DNA of 64,000 nt from Promethearchaeota archaeon Loki_b32 (GTDB lineage: Archaea > Asgardarchaeota > Lokiarchaeia > Sigyniarchaeales > SOKP01), in assembly GCA_005223125.1 (NCBI GenBank), contig NJBH01000002.1, positions 128,001 to 192,000 of the forward strand, given 5' to 3'. Shown here one piece after another: positions 1-9,905 of the stretch (position 1 is its first letter; every line of letters begins with the position of its first letter). The translations under genes and the position numbers were made by a program. A model generated the notes under the pieces. It was not told where the DNA came from. It was given only the letters and a program-made list of their open reading frames with translations, and ran no database searches.

Positions 1-2598
1 AACGACAATTAACTGGGGAATTATATGACTTTCTTTCTTAAAATCTTTCATAGCCTCAACCAATTCTTTTCGCCTTTCTTTGTCTAAATGGGTTGTTGGC
101 TCATCCATAATAACTGTGGATATTTGACTTGAAAGTAGCCTTGCAATCGCAAGTCGTAATATGATTGCTATAGCAACTTTTTCACCACCACTTACTGAAT
201 TAATTGAAAGTTTGCCTGTACGCCCAATAATCGTAATATCAAGATCCTCATCAATAGAAATATCTGTAATATTGATATTAAAAGCATCTAAATATTCTTT
301 TGCGAATTCAGTAATTTTGGGAGCAAATATTTTTCTTATTGCTTTTTGTAATCCGTCTTTAGAAAAGGCAGCTCTAATTTTTAATAAAAATTTGTTAAAA
401 TTTCGAATTTTGTCAAATTCTTTTAATTTTTCCTTAAATTCTTGAATATTTTGCTCCTTTTCTTTTAATTGAGTTTCTTGGTTTTTTATTTGTTTAATAA
501 GTAATTTCTTATTACTCTTTTTTGTATTTACGCTATCTTTAATTTCATTATATTCATTCATAGCATTCTCATAGTCTTCTTTCGTATATACTAATTCTTT
601 TATCTTTTCATTAGTATCTTTTAAATTTTTCTTTAAAATTTCTAATTCTTTATTATTTTTATCCAAATCTTGTTTATATTCTTCTAACTTTTCACTTTTG
701 ACTATATACCCATCACATTTTTCTTTTATATTTCTAAGATGTTTTAATTCTTTTTCGGGGTCTTTTGGTTTTTCTTTAAAATTCTTAAGAACTGACGTAA
801 TCGAAGATTCTATTTTATTTAAATCTGATTGTAAAATTTGAAGATGATTTTTTATTTCATTTACATCTCGCTTTTCACTTTTTAAAGCTTCTGCTGCTGC
901 TTTATATAAAATGAATTTTTTCTTTATTAATTTCATTTGCTTTTTATTATCTTCAACAATTTTTTCCAATTCGGATTTTTCTGATAATTTAATTTGTTCT
1001 TGTTTTACCTTTTCTTCCAAACCACTTATTTTTGACTGTAGATTATTAAGTTTTTTCTCAAGTTCATGATAGCGGTCCAGGTCTAATTTTTTAATTTCTT
1101 CAAGTCTATTCGTTAACTTGGACTCCTCCTCATCTAGTCTTTGTTTTTGTTTGTCATTTTTTTTTAATTGTTCTTTTTTATTGGCACTTTCTTCACTAAA
1201 ATTATTAATTACCTTATTCCGATGATCTTCGGTTAAATCACTTGAACAGACTGGACATTTTGTACTCTCTCCGAGGATCTTTAAATATTCATCAATTTCT
1301 TCAATCCTTCCTTTCATCTTACCTGAAAGATCTATTAAATTTCTAACCTTATTGTTGATATCGTTAACATTTTTTTCTAATTTTTGGATTAATTTCTGTT
1401 TCTCGGAGATATCTACTTTTGGTAAGTATTTTAGAGTATTTTTTTCGATCTTAATTATTTCTTCTTGAAATTCCTTAATATTTTCGTTATAGTTCTTTAT
1501 ATCTGCATTGAATTTTGCTACTTGAATTTCAATTTCATTATATATCTTTAACTCTTTTTGTTCTTCTTCGACTTTCTTTTCAGTTTCTTGGTATTGTATA
1601 TAGAATTCCTTATTTGCCTCTTTTTTATCATGCCATCCCTCTACTCTATCGAGATCATTAGTATTAGTCTTTATATCATTCTCTTTATTTTTTTTTTTAT
1701 TTAATAAATCAATATAGCTCTCATAATGCTCAATATTTTTTATCTGTGGTCGAAGTTTTTTTGCTTCTTCTTTAGCACTTCTGGCTTCATCCACTTGTTT
1801 TGCTAACTTTTCGACCATTTTATTTACCGAAGAGATTTTTTCATTAAGTTCTGTCTGTTCATTGGTCATCTTTTCATTGTCTTCACGCTTTGTTTCCCAT
1901 AACTCTTTTTTCTTTAAGGCTTTTTTTAACGATTCTTCTTCTATTTTTATTTCCTCATCAATCTTTGAGACATTATCTTTGAGTTCTTTAATGCTTAACT
2001 CCAACTTGTCTTTAGCTTCTTGATGATCTTCTAATTTAGCCTGAATTACATCATAATCTTTTAATTTATCTTCAAAGGCATCTATAACAGCTTTCATATT
2101 ATCATAAGCTTTTTTCAACTTATCTATTTCTAATAATTTGGCCATCACTTCTTTTCGTTCTGCAGGTCTTCCATCAATTAAATTCGTAATTTCTCCCTGC
2201 CTAATAAAAATTGAATTGATAATCGCATCTTTATCCATTCCTAAAATTTTAGCAATTTCTTCACTTACCCCAGTCTGTTTTGTTGCTTTTGAGATACCAT
2301 TTTCTCTAATTACTGCATAAGGTCCGCTGTCTGTTTCTCTTCTTCTGACTACTTCATAATCATTTCCATTATGCTCAAAAATTAATTTTACTTCTGCATT
2401 ATTAGTACCTTTTCTGATAAGATCATCAATATTATCCCCTCTAACGTGTTCGCCACAAATTGAATAATAAATCCCATCGATAATTGAGGATTTCCCGGAA
2501 CCATTTTCTCCTCGAAAGACCGAAACCCCTCTTGGAAAATCAAATTTAGTATCTTTATGAGAAATAAAATTCTTTAATTCAATTCTTTTCAATATCAT
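1..2598 (-). CDS. rad50: Rad50 SMC-family ATPase (3' end runs off the window)
   Basis: Absent from the ORF track; translated manually from ATG at 2598: MILKRIELKNFISHKDTKFDFPRGVSVFRGENGSGKSSI (Walker A). Long coiled coil, in-frame zinc hook CPVC at 1246-1257, signature SGGE and Walker B/D-loop IMDEPTTHLD near the window start. Overlaps the end of mre11. Confidence 0.95.
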   Translation of the reverse strand, partial: MILKRIELKNFISHKDTKFDFPRGVSVFRGENGSGKSSIIDGIYYSICGEHVRGDNIDDLIRKGTNNAEVKLIFEHNGNDYEVVRRRETDSGPYAVIRENGISKATKQTGVSEEIAKILGMDKDAIINSIFIRQGEITNLIDGRPAERKEVMAKLLEIDKLKKAYDNMKAVIDAFEDKLKDYDVIQAKLEDHQEAKDKLELSIKELKDNVSKIDEEIKIEEESLKKALKKKELWETKREDNEKMTNEQTELNEKISSVNKMVEKLAKQVDEARSAKEEAKKLRPQIKNIEHYESYIDLLNKKKNKENDIKTNTNDLDRVEGWHDKKEANKEFYIQYQETEKKVEEEQKELKIYNEIEIQVAKFNADIKNYNENIKEFQEEIIKIEKNTLKYLPKVDISEKQKLIQKLEKNVNDINNKVRNLIDLSGKMKGRIEEIDEYLKILGESTKCPVCSSDLTEDHRNKVINNFSEESANKKEQLKKNDKQKQRLDEEESKLTNRLEEIKKLDLDRYHELEKKLNNLQSKISGLEEKVKQEQIKLSEKSELEKIVEDNKKQMKLIKKKFILYKAAAEALKSEKRDVNEIKNHLQILQSDLNKIESSITSVLKNFKEKPKDPEKELKHLRNIKEKCDGYIVKSEKLEEYKQDLDKNNKELEILKKNLKDTNEKIKELVYTKEDYENAMNEYNEIKDSVNTKKSNKKLLIKQIKNQETQLKEKEQNIQEFKEKLKEFDKIRNFNKFLLKIRAAFSKDGLQKAIRKIFAPKITEFAKEYLDAFNINITDISIDEDLDITIIGRTGKLSINSVSGGEKVAIAIILRLAIARLLSSQISTVIMDEPTTHLDKERRKELVEAMKDFKKESHIIPQLIVV

Positions 2599-3700
2599 CT
2601 TCGATAAATTCCTCCTTAAAATATTTATTCGCTAAATTTATAGCTGAATCTTTATTTCCATTCGAAAGATCATCATAAAGACCTTTTGCAAATTGTCCCA
2701 TATTTTCATTCTCAAAATGCTCCACAAAAATTGCTTGAAGATCATAGTTATCTTTTGAAATTTTAATCTCTTTTGACTTTTTTTCACTAAACCTTATTTT
2801 ATGATATATGACTTTATCCTTCAATAATTTCTCAACGTTCTGCTGAATAAGTGCTCTATCTAAATCCTTTCCGTATATTTTAAGATTAACTACTGGTTTA
2901 TTTTCTTTTTCCAGATATTTTGGCAGGTCATTGACCTCTGATGCTTCTAATTCAAGTCTTAATTGTGGTCGGATATCTAATGGTATGAATTCATATTCAA
3001 TATTCCCATCTTCAATATCTACTATATAAAAACCTTTCCCTTTCTTCTGCCAAGTTGTAACCTCATCTTGCTTTTTAATCTCTGTTGCCCCGCTATATAC
3101 TAAGTAGCCCTCTCCGAATTTTAAGACATTAGTTGCATGAATATGTCCTAATGCATAATAACTTGCTTTTTTTGGTAAATCATCTAAAGTTAATTGATAT
3201 ACTCCCTTAAAAGGTAAATATTTTTTAATTGCTTGGTGAAGAATTAAGACAGAATTTTTAGAATTTTCGGCTATCTTATCAAATTTTTTCAATTCTTTCT
3301 TTAAATGCTCTTTATTCATAGTCCTTAGATTTGATATTCCTGCAAATAGTACATCCTTAATTTTTATTGATTCTAAAGTAAAGCTTTTCCCTAGTATCTG
3401 AATGTTAAATAATTCATGTGGTATTTTAGCTTTTCTTTTAGGTATATCATGTTCTCCTAAGACAGTCAAAAACTTAATTTTACCATTTAATTTATCTATC
3501 CCTTCTTTAAAACTGAGAAGTGCTTTTATAGGAGGATGATAATTATCAAATAGATCACCCGCATGAATTATAACATCCACTCGTTCTTCTAAGCATTTAT
3601 CTATAACTTGATGAAATGCATCATAAAAATCCTGTTCTCGTATATCCAGATTATATTGCTTATATCCTAAGTGGGTGTCTGATACGTGAGCTATTCTCAT
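2579..3700 (-). CDS. mre11: Mre11 double-strand-break repair nuclease
   Basis: Phosphoesterase motifs SDTHLG, AGDLFD, LGEHD (usually GNHD), LHQ, ALGHIH, YSG; directly upstream of rad50. Confidence 0.93.
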   Translation of the reverse strand: MRIAHVSDTHLGYKQYNLDIREQDFYDAFHQVIDKCLEERVDVIIHAGDLFDNYHPPIKALLSFKEGIDKLNGKIKFLTVLGEHDIPKRKAKIPHELFNIQILGKSFTLESIKIKDVLFAGISNLRTMNKEHLKKELKKFDKIAENSKNSVLILHQAIKKYLPFKGVYQLTLDDLPKKASYYALGHIHATNVLKFGEGYLVYSGATEIKKQDEVTTWQKKGKGFYIVDIEDGNIEYEFIPLDIRPQLRLELEASEVNDLPKYLEKENKPVVNLKIYGKDLDRALIQQNVEKLLKDKVIYHKIRFSEKKSKEIKISKDNYDLQAIFVEHFENENMGQFAKGLYDDLSNGNKDSAINLANKYFKEEFIEDDIEKN

Positions 3701-3706
3701 ACTTTT

Positions 3707-5353
3707 TCACTCCAGCATACCTCTTGTATCTTCTAAATCTTGTCGTAGATCTTCTTCTCTTCGCTGTTCTTCATTATCAACATATTCACGGGCTTCGTTT
3801 AACATACCTAATAGATCTAAATCTGCTCCCCCTTCTTGAGTATTTCGTCTTCTTACTTTAACCATAACGGGGGCTCTTGTCAAATTACCAACAACTACAG
3901 CTTCTCCAATGTTTAATCCCGGTAAATCACTTAACAGATCTTCACTTAATTTTTCAGAACTTCTCTTAATTGCGGTTTGATCTTCTGCATTGGTTATTTT
4001 TAAAATCATTTGGCTATTGCATTGACTTAATGCATCCTGGTCCACTTTATAAGGTCTCTGAGTTATTAATGCCTGAAAGACTCCAAATTTCCTACCCTCA
4101 GCTGCAATTTCTTTTACTATATCTATTGAATATCCACCGCCTCTTCTCCCAGGTTTATTAGGTAAAAAACGATGAGCTTCTTCAATAAATACAAAGACGG
4201 GAAAATGATATTCATCACTTCTTCTTTGATCATATATTTCATTAAGTATTCGTGAAGCTATATAGTCTGCTACATAATCTGGGATTCCAGATAAATCAAT
4301 TACAGAAACATGCTTTGGACGTATAATATCACAGACAGGGGTTGTTGTATCGGCAAAAATTTGTAATCTGTGCATTCTTCTTACATATCTCAATGCATTG
4401 CGGGAATCATTTGTATCTGCATTAGTTAATTCATTAATTAGATCATCTAAATTATAACCCGTAGCAGAATCTAGATTCGCTAAAGCACTTTCTATTGCTG
4501 TTCTAATTCGAGTAAATCTTTCAGGAATACCACAGATATTAAATATTTCAAATGCATCTAAATCAGCAAAACGAATTGAATATTGTTCGATTTCCCTTCC
4601 AACATCAGCATCAGTATATATTCCTGTACTATTAGGTGTCTGAAATACTCCCATTCGATTAATTGTTTCAATTTCATCTTGCCTTCCTTCGTCATTTTGT
4701 TCGCCTTCTTCTAAATTTTCTTCACTTTCTTCTTCTAATTGATTTCCCAATAATACATAATCCGCATGCGGATCAATGATAACAATTGTAGCTCCTTTTT
4801 TGTATAATTCTTCAACAAGAACTCCTCCCAAGTAACTTTTTCCACCTCCAGTCTGAGCCAATATTGAGATATGTCTTTGAAAACCTTTTATAGATATATA
4901 AACAGGTACATCTGAACGTGTAATTAAATGTCCAATATATAATCCTTCTTCTTCGGGATATGAATAAAATTCAGCTAAAAGGTCATTTGAAGCTAAATAA
5001 ACAGGATTACCCGGTTTTATTGCCCTTCTTGGCTGAAAGATATTTCCATTATGTAAATATCCTAGAACTCGTGCTTTAGCAAAGCATCGAGCATCAGCTA
5101 ATCCCGCACTTATAATTTTTTCAGCATCTTCCATTTTCAGATCGGCGACAAGTGCACGAGAATCCGCAAATACTTCAAATATTTGAGCAATAATACTTAC
5201 GTCAGTTTCTCGCATTATTCCTGCAATATTTATTAGTTCTTTCGAATGTATAGCGACATATTCTAATCTATTAATATCTTTATTAGTCGAAAAATAAAAT
5301 TCGGAAGTATTAACTTCTCCAACTATTATTCCTATTTTAGGGATACCTGACAC
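3707..5353 (-). CDS. herA: HerA bipolar DNA helicase/translocase
   Basis: N-terminal HAS-barrel-like region, Walker A AQTGGGKS, IIDPHADY, Walker B FIEEAHRF, EGRKFG, TQRP, SQCN. Confidence 0.93.
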   Translation of the reverse strand: MSGIPKIGIIVGEVNTSEFYFSTNKDINRLEYVAIHSKELINIAGIMRETDVSIIAQIFEVFADSRALVADLKMEDAEKIISAGLADARCFAKARVLGYLHNGNIFQPRRAIKPGNPVYLASNDLLAEFYSYPEEEGLYIGHLITRSDVPVYISIKGFQRHISILAQTGGGKSYLGGVLVEELYKKGATIVIIDPHADYVLLGNQLEEESEENLEEGEQNDEGRQDEIETINRMGVFQTPNSTGIYTDADVGREIEQYSIRFADLDAFEIFNICGIPERFTRIRTAIESALANLDSATGYNLDDLINELTNADTNDSRNALRYVRRMHRLQIFADTTTPVCDIIRPKHVSVIDLSGIPDYVADYIASRILNEIYDQRRSDEYHFPVFVFIEEAHRFLPNKPGRRGGGYSIDIVKEIAAEGRKFGVFQALITQRPYKVDQDALSQCNSQMILKITNAEDQTAIKRSSEKLSEDLLSDLPGLNIGEAVVVGNLTRAPVMVKVRRRNTQEGGADLDLLGMLNEAREYVDNEEQRREEDLRQDLEDTRGMLE

Positions 5354-6599
5354 GTCTATAACCTCTTGGTGTTGCTTTTTTTCCTATAATTTCTTCAAAT
5401 TTTTTTAAATATAATTCTTTAAAATCTACTCGTGATAATTTTACTTCATTATCCACGGCTGTAAGCCATATATTATAATTTTCCAACCCGCAATATCCCG
5501 CTGAAATTAATTTTAATACTTCATTTAAATCAATGTCTATCAATTTTGGCCATCCAATATCTAATAGTCTTTTATTAATACCAAAATACCATGCAGGTAT
5601 ATCTATTCGCATTGGAGTATCAATTCGAGTTGGTAAAATATGAAATGATATGATTGCTGGAAAGTCCAGCATCTCAAAAATAATTTTTTGAGCGTGCTTA
5701 ATAAAATCTGGATCTTCAGATAACGTTGGGAAATTAGATTCAATAAATTGTCTAAAATTTGTTCTTATTAATTTTTCCGCTCGTCGCCATCTGGTGCTAG
5801 CACCTAATAATAATGGTTTAGTATATCCAGAATCCTTTGCGTTACTAAGAATTAATAAAGAATCGGGTTTCCTTGCGATTAATTCTTCGGTCAACAAGAT
5901 AATATCTTTATCTCTTATTGATTTTGCTAATTTGAATGCATTTTTTGGTCTATCCAACGCTTCTGAAAGAAGTCTTTTTCTCAATTTTTTATCTGAAATT
6001 TTCTCTTTTAAGATCTCCTTTATTAAGAATTCTCTATAAAAAGAGGTTCTACTCTCTTTACTAATCCCTATAAGTAAAATTCCCTTTTCTTTACATAATT
6101 TTAATAATTTTAAATAAATTTCAAAATAATCTAGGATAAATCCCTTATTATTTTCCAGTTTAAGTTCCAATGGTAAGTGAACCATTCTACCATAAAGAGA
6201 ACCATCAATTAATAATATACCTTCAAATTGTTTTTCAATAGCTTGAATTCCTGCTAAATGTTCCGTCCATTCCATTACTCTTCCAATAAAAGTTGATTGA
6301 GTCATAATATTAGAGAAGTCAAAATCCGTAAAAATGGTTCTATACTTATTTTTCTTACCTAATGCTAAAGCACGACAGACAAAAAAGAAGCCTCCATTTG
6401 ATGTTGGACATCTCCCTCGACTACTATCTATTGCTATGACATCTTGTTCAGGGATACAGGAGTCTAATTGATAATTTATCCAATGAGCTTTAAATTTATT
6501 TTCATAAAATTTATTAATTTTTTTGTCCTCAAAATTTTCTAAAATCCTCTTAGATTTAGTATTTAAATCTACGATGAATTCTGTTAGAAATTCTGGCAT
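5337..6599 (-). CDS. nurA: NurA 5'-3' nuclease
   Basis: AIDSS, LIDGSL, IGISKES and a C-terminal YNIWLTAVDNEVKL motif; overlaps the herA start by 17 bp. Confidence 0.88.
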   Translation of the reverse strand: MPEFLTEFIVDLNTKSKRILENFEDKKINKFYENKFKAHWINYQLDSCIPEQDVIAIDSSRGRCPTSNGGFFFVCRALALGKKNKYRTIFTDFDFSNIMTQSTFIGRVMEWTEHLAGIQAIEKQFEGILLIDGSLYGRMVHLPLELKLENNKGFILDYFEIYLKLLKLCKEKGILLIGISKESRTSFYREFLIKEILKEKISDKKLRKRLLSEALDRPKNAFKLAKSIRDKDIILLTEELIARKPDSLLILSNAKDSGYTKPLLLGASTRWRRAEKLIRTNFRQFIESNFPTLSEDPDFIKHAQKIIFEMLDFPAIISFHILPTRIDTPMRIDIPAWYFGINKRLLDIGWPKLIDIDLNEVLKLISAGYCGLENYNIWLTAVDNEVKLSRVDFKELYLKKFEEIIGKKATPRGYRRVRYP

Positions 6600-6791
6600 T
6601 TTATTATTATATTTTACATTTTTTTCAAATTTTTTGTCTTTAATATAAAGAATACAAATTCAATATTATTTAAATCTTAAAGCTTAATCTGTTAACTTTT
6701 CTTTGCCAAAACGGAATTTTTCCTTTTATATTTTTTTGATTAATGCCTCTTAAGGCTTTTTAGATTCAAATGAGCAATGCTTTTCTATTTT

Positions 6792-8270
6792 TTACATATA
6801 ATTGCTATATGCTGTAGGAGGTGTAATATCTCTACCTTTCAATTCTCCCATTATTTTTCCTACTTTTTTTGATACTGAGAGTGTAACGGGCATTCTTTTA
6901 CAAAAATCTGTGCTATTCCAGTCTAATTTTGTTAAATTGATTATATCTCTTGCTAATATTTCAGTATCACTATCACTTTTTTCTACAATTACTTCAATAG
7001 GTTTTGGTATCATACTACCTGGATATGTATCAAGACAAGGAATGTAACCAGTTGTATAAAGATTAAAGACTTTTTTATTATTGGAATTTCTTTCAAATAC
7101 AGAACCACGAGCTATAGGATAATCTGTTGAGGTAATTGCATTAAAATGACAATATTCTTTAATATGAATAAAATCTTGGATTTCAATATTTTTTGTTGAT
7201 TTTAAAAATCCTTCATTTTCTTCCTCAGTATATTCCGATTTTTTATGTACAACAATTCTATTAGGCTTACTATTATGGTGTTGTCTTTTATATAAGTTAA
7301 TAGCTTGGGACAAAATATCTTTTGCTTGTTCTTCTGTAAGATTGGTTCTTCTAATATCTTCTTCATGTTCAACTTTTAATTCTAAACCTCTAGCCACTTG
7401 AGAGTCACCAGTCCTCATATAGACCTGAGCTATAGCAGCTTTAATAACTACACTATCTCTTTTATTAATATCATAGTAAAATGAAATTCCAACATGAACA
7501 GTTTCAGGATTTAAATCAGCTAATTTCCAGGGAATACCTGAAAATTTATAATATTGGGCAACAACATAGTTCCAAGCAATTGAAGCAGGATCTTCCAAAT
7601 TCCCTCCTTTGAATTCCAATGTTTGAGGAAGCATTAATTGTGTTCGCAAATTCAACTCATATCCTAGAACTTTTATATAATTATGGAAATCATAAAATAT
7701 TGGACGTTCACTTTGATCCATTGAAGCTATTCTCTGTAAATCTCGAAAATTCCGATCGCTTAGTCGGATTTTCTTATCTTTTGTAAATGGATCTGAACAA
7801 GCTTCTAGAATTTTTTTAGGAATAGTAATAATAATAACAGGTCTTGGAAGATTTTGCCCACTCAAATCTTTCAGAATCTGCTTTATATGTTCTGAAAATT
7901 CAACAATTCTTTCATTTCGGTTAGCAATATTAAGAATTTTTTCAATATTTTGTGAAGAAATTTCTTGACAATAATTATCATCTTTCTCCATATAAAATCC
8001 TAACGGACCATCTTGATATAATCCTGGAAAATCAAGATTTCTTATATTTGAATTAGGATATGTCACACCTTCTATTGAATATTGTAATAAAGAAAGAAAA
8101 TCAATTGCCGCATTAATTGATTTTTTCGATCCAATTATTCCTATAGGAATTCTTAAATTATTATGTTCCAATCCATTTGGTTTATAATTTAATAATCCTA
8201 CTCTTGGATCAGCACATGTAGTTTTATCTCTGAAAATTAAATCCGGTTCTGGCACTAAAAACGATCTCAT
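6792..8270 (-). CDS. ago: Short prokaryotic Argonaute (MID-PIWI), catalytically inactive
   Basis: N-terminal PEPDLIF..DPRVGL, FPG motif, MID pocket FHNYIK..TQ..YYKFSGIPWKL (HK type), PIWI features YPGSMIPKP, LTKLDWN, MPVTL, C-terminal YM. Catalytic Asp positions replaced (VGISFY, VHKKS). No N/PAZ domains; 492 aa. Confidence 0.93.
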   Translation of the reverse strand: MRSFLVPEPDLIFRDKTTCADPRVGLLNYKPNGLEHNNLRIPIGIIGSKKSINAAIDFLSLLQYSIEGVTYPNSNIRNLDFPGLYQDGPLGFYMEKDDNYCQEISSQNIEKILNIANRNERIVEFSEHIKQILKDLSGQNLPRPVIIITIPKKILEACSDPFTKDKKIRLSDRNFRDLQRIASMDQSERPIFYDFHNYIKVLGYELNLRTQLMLPQTLEFKGGNLEDPASIAWNYVVAQYYKFSGIPWKLADLNPETVHVGISFYYDINKRDSVVIKAAIAQVYMRTGDSQVARGLELKVEHEEDIRRTNLTEEQAKDILSQAINLYKRQHHNSKPNRIVVHKKSEYTEEENEGFLKSTKNIEIQDFIHIKEYCHFNAITSTDYPIARGSVFERNSNNKKVFNLYTTGYIPCLDTYPGSMIPKPIEVIVEKSDSDTEILARDIINLTKLDWNSTDFCKRMPVTLSVSKKVGKIMGELKGRDITPPTAYSNYM

Positions 8271-8285
8271 TTTTTATCTCCTCTT

Positions 8286-9707
8286 TTAATTAAAAAATTT
8301 ATCTATTCTTGTATCATTAACTCCGATTGTTTTAGAGCTCCAATTGACTGTATGCTCCATCAAGGGCTTTATTATAAATTCATTAAACCAGGGATCTTTA
8401 TCTCGGCTAAAATAATCACTAGTTAAGAAATCGCTCCAAAATTCTAACCTAAGTCTCCAACTTGGATTTCTATTCCATTTTGGATTCAAATACTTTTTAT
8501 GTAGATTACTTGAATGGTCTCCTGTTATCGTATTTACACCATTTCTAGTAAAAATAAATCTAGGCCAAATAAATAAACCCATTTTACCATCATATTCATC
8601 TAATCGAATGAAAACAGATTTATGCTCAACATAATACAGTGTTCCATCTGGGCTATAAATTGGTTTAGTTACTGTTTTAATTTTTCTATTGGGTAGATTA
8701 ATTTTAATTGGTTCTACACTGCCCTTTGGTTTATCATCAATAGGTTCGTCATAAGCAAAGAAAAAATCACTCTCCCATCTTCTTAAACCTTTACACCACA
8801 AATATCTTCGTAATGATGTATAAAGTAATTCCCTTTTCCTCTGAATATCAAGCCTATCTGTATCATGGTCATATACTGGTCCTGAAATATGGGGTCTAAG
8901 AACATTCAGATTCTTCTCAAATGACCTTACAACTGGTTCAGGTGCTTCAAATCGTGGAACAACAAATTCAGGTAACCTTTGCTTTTCTTCAGATCTAACT
9001 CTGTCAATTATAGTCTTTTTAAGTTTGAATTTGGATTTAACTTGCCAAAATTTTTGCGGATATTGTAATTCCATAAAATTTAATATAAGATTGTCCTTTT
9101 CTCTCGTTGGATCTCTTCGATTCTTAATTTCTCTTAACAATCTTTTATGCTGTGAATTTAGATTTTTTCTAAAAATATCTTCTCTATCTCTTACTCGTTC
9201 GACTAAACCAAGTAGGGAACAAACCTTTACATCAGTATTTCTAAAAAACTCTAAAATTTCTGATTCATTAGCGGAATTTAACTTTTCTACTTTTTTCTCA
9301 TCAAAATTTAATCCTTCCTTATTATTAAACCAATTTAAAATTTCTTCCTTTTCTGCTTCCCTTGTTAATACTTTTTTAGTCTGATTTTTTTTATTAAATT
9401 TATTCGCAAAAATTACAAATCTAAATCTTCTTTCAGGTCTTAAAATTAACCAATAATAGAAATAGTCAAATATTTCGTGTCTAAGATTTTCAGATTTAGC
9501 AAAAATCGAGACTTGAGTATTTTTAGCTTCTATCCATAAATTTTCTTTCTTATTATCCATGATAATATCAGATAAAGTCCCCTCATTTAAGGAATTCTTA
9601 GTTAAATGATAACCTTGAGTTTGATAATACCTTATAATGTATTTTTTATATAATTCTGAATTATAATTACGAGCTTCTCTCTCTGATTCAAAATCTTCCC
9701 ATGACAT
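8286..9707 (-). CDS. PD-(D/E)xK (Mrr/REase-like) nuclease fused to an APAZ domain; effector partner of the short pAgo
   Basis: N-terminal SDIIMDNKKENLWIEAK (D..ExK). C-terminal APAZ-like segment VEHKSV..IWPRFIFTRNG..NPKWNRNPSWRLRLEFWSDFL. Lies 15 bp upstream of the pAgo with a GAGGAG SD in the gap. Confidence 0.85.
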   Translation of the reverse strand: MSWEDFESEREARNYNSELYKKYIIRYYQTQGYHLTKNSLNEGTLSDIIMDNKKENLWIEAKNTQVSIFAKSENLRHEIFDYFYYWLILRPERRFRFVIFANKFNKKNQTKKVLTREAEKEEILNWFNNKEGLNFDEKKVEKLNSANESEILEFFRNTDVKVCSLLGLVERVRDREDIFRKNLNSQHKRLLREIKNRRDPTREKDNLILNFMELQYPQKFWQVKSKFKLKKTIIDRVRSEEKQRLPEFVVPRFEAPEPVVRSFEKNLNVLRPHISGPVYDHDTDRLDIQRKRELLYTSLRRYLWCKGLRRWESDFFFAYDEPIDDKPKGSVEPIKINLPNRKIKTVTKPIYSPDGTLYYVEHKSVFIRLDEYDGKMGLFIWPRFIFTRNGVNTITGDHSSNLHKKYLNPKWNRNPSWRLRLEFWSDFLTSDYFSRDKDPWFNEFIIKPLMEHTVNWSSKTIGVNDTRIDKFFN

Positions 9708-9905
9708 TGTATCTTATTTTTTCATTTTTTTATAAGAATAAATTATACTTCCTTATGTTACTTATGTTGTATATTATATATATAAACTTTATGTCAAATA
9801 TATTATTATAAAAAATTACTAATCTTTGAAAAACTAAATCTTTAAATCTTAGTTTATCGAATTATTATAATGTAGATAATGTTGCTAATTTATTAATAAG
9901 TTAAT

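Noticed and set aside
161-6039. Short plus-strand ORFs (161, 2138, 3616, 3970, 5794), and similar ones throughout the window
   Set aside because: They are antisense shadows of well-supported genes and carry no motifs.
6745-6761. Small hairpin GCCT-CTTA-AGGC plus T-run between pAgo and nurA
   Set aside because: The stem is only 4 bp and the T-run is on the wrong strand for the minus-strand genes, so it is too weak to call a terminator.
6792-8270. Possible active slicer or eukaryote-like long Argonaute
   Set aside because: No N/PAZ domains, and catalytic Asp positions are substituted.
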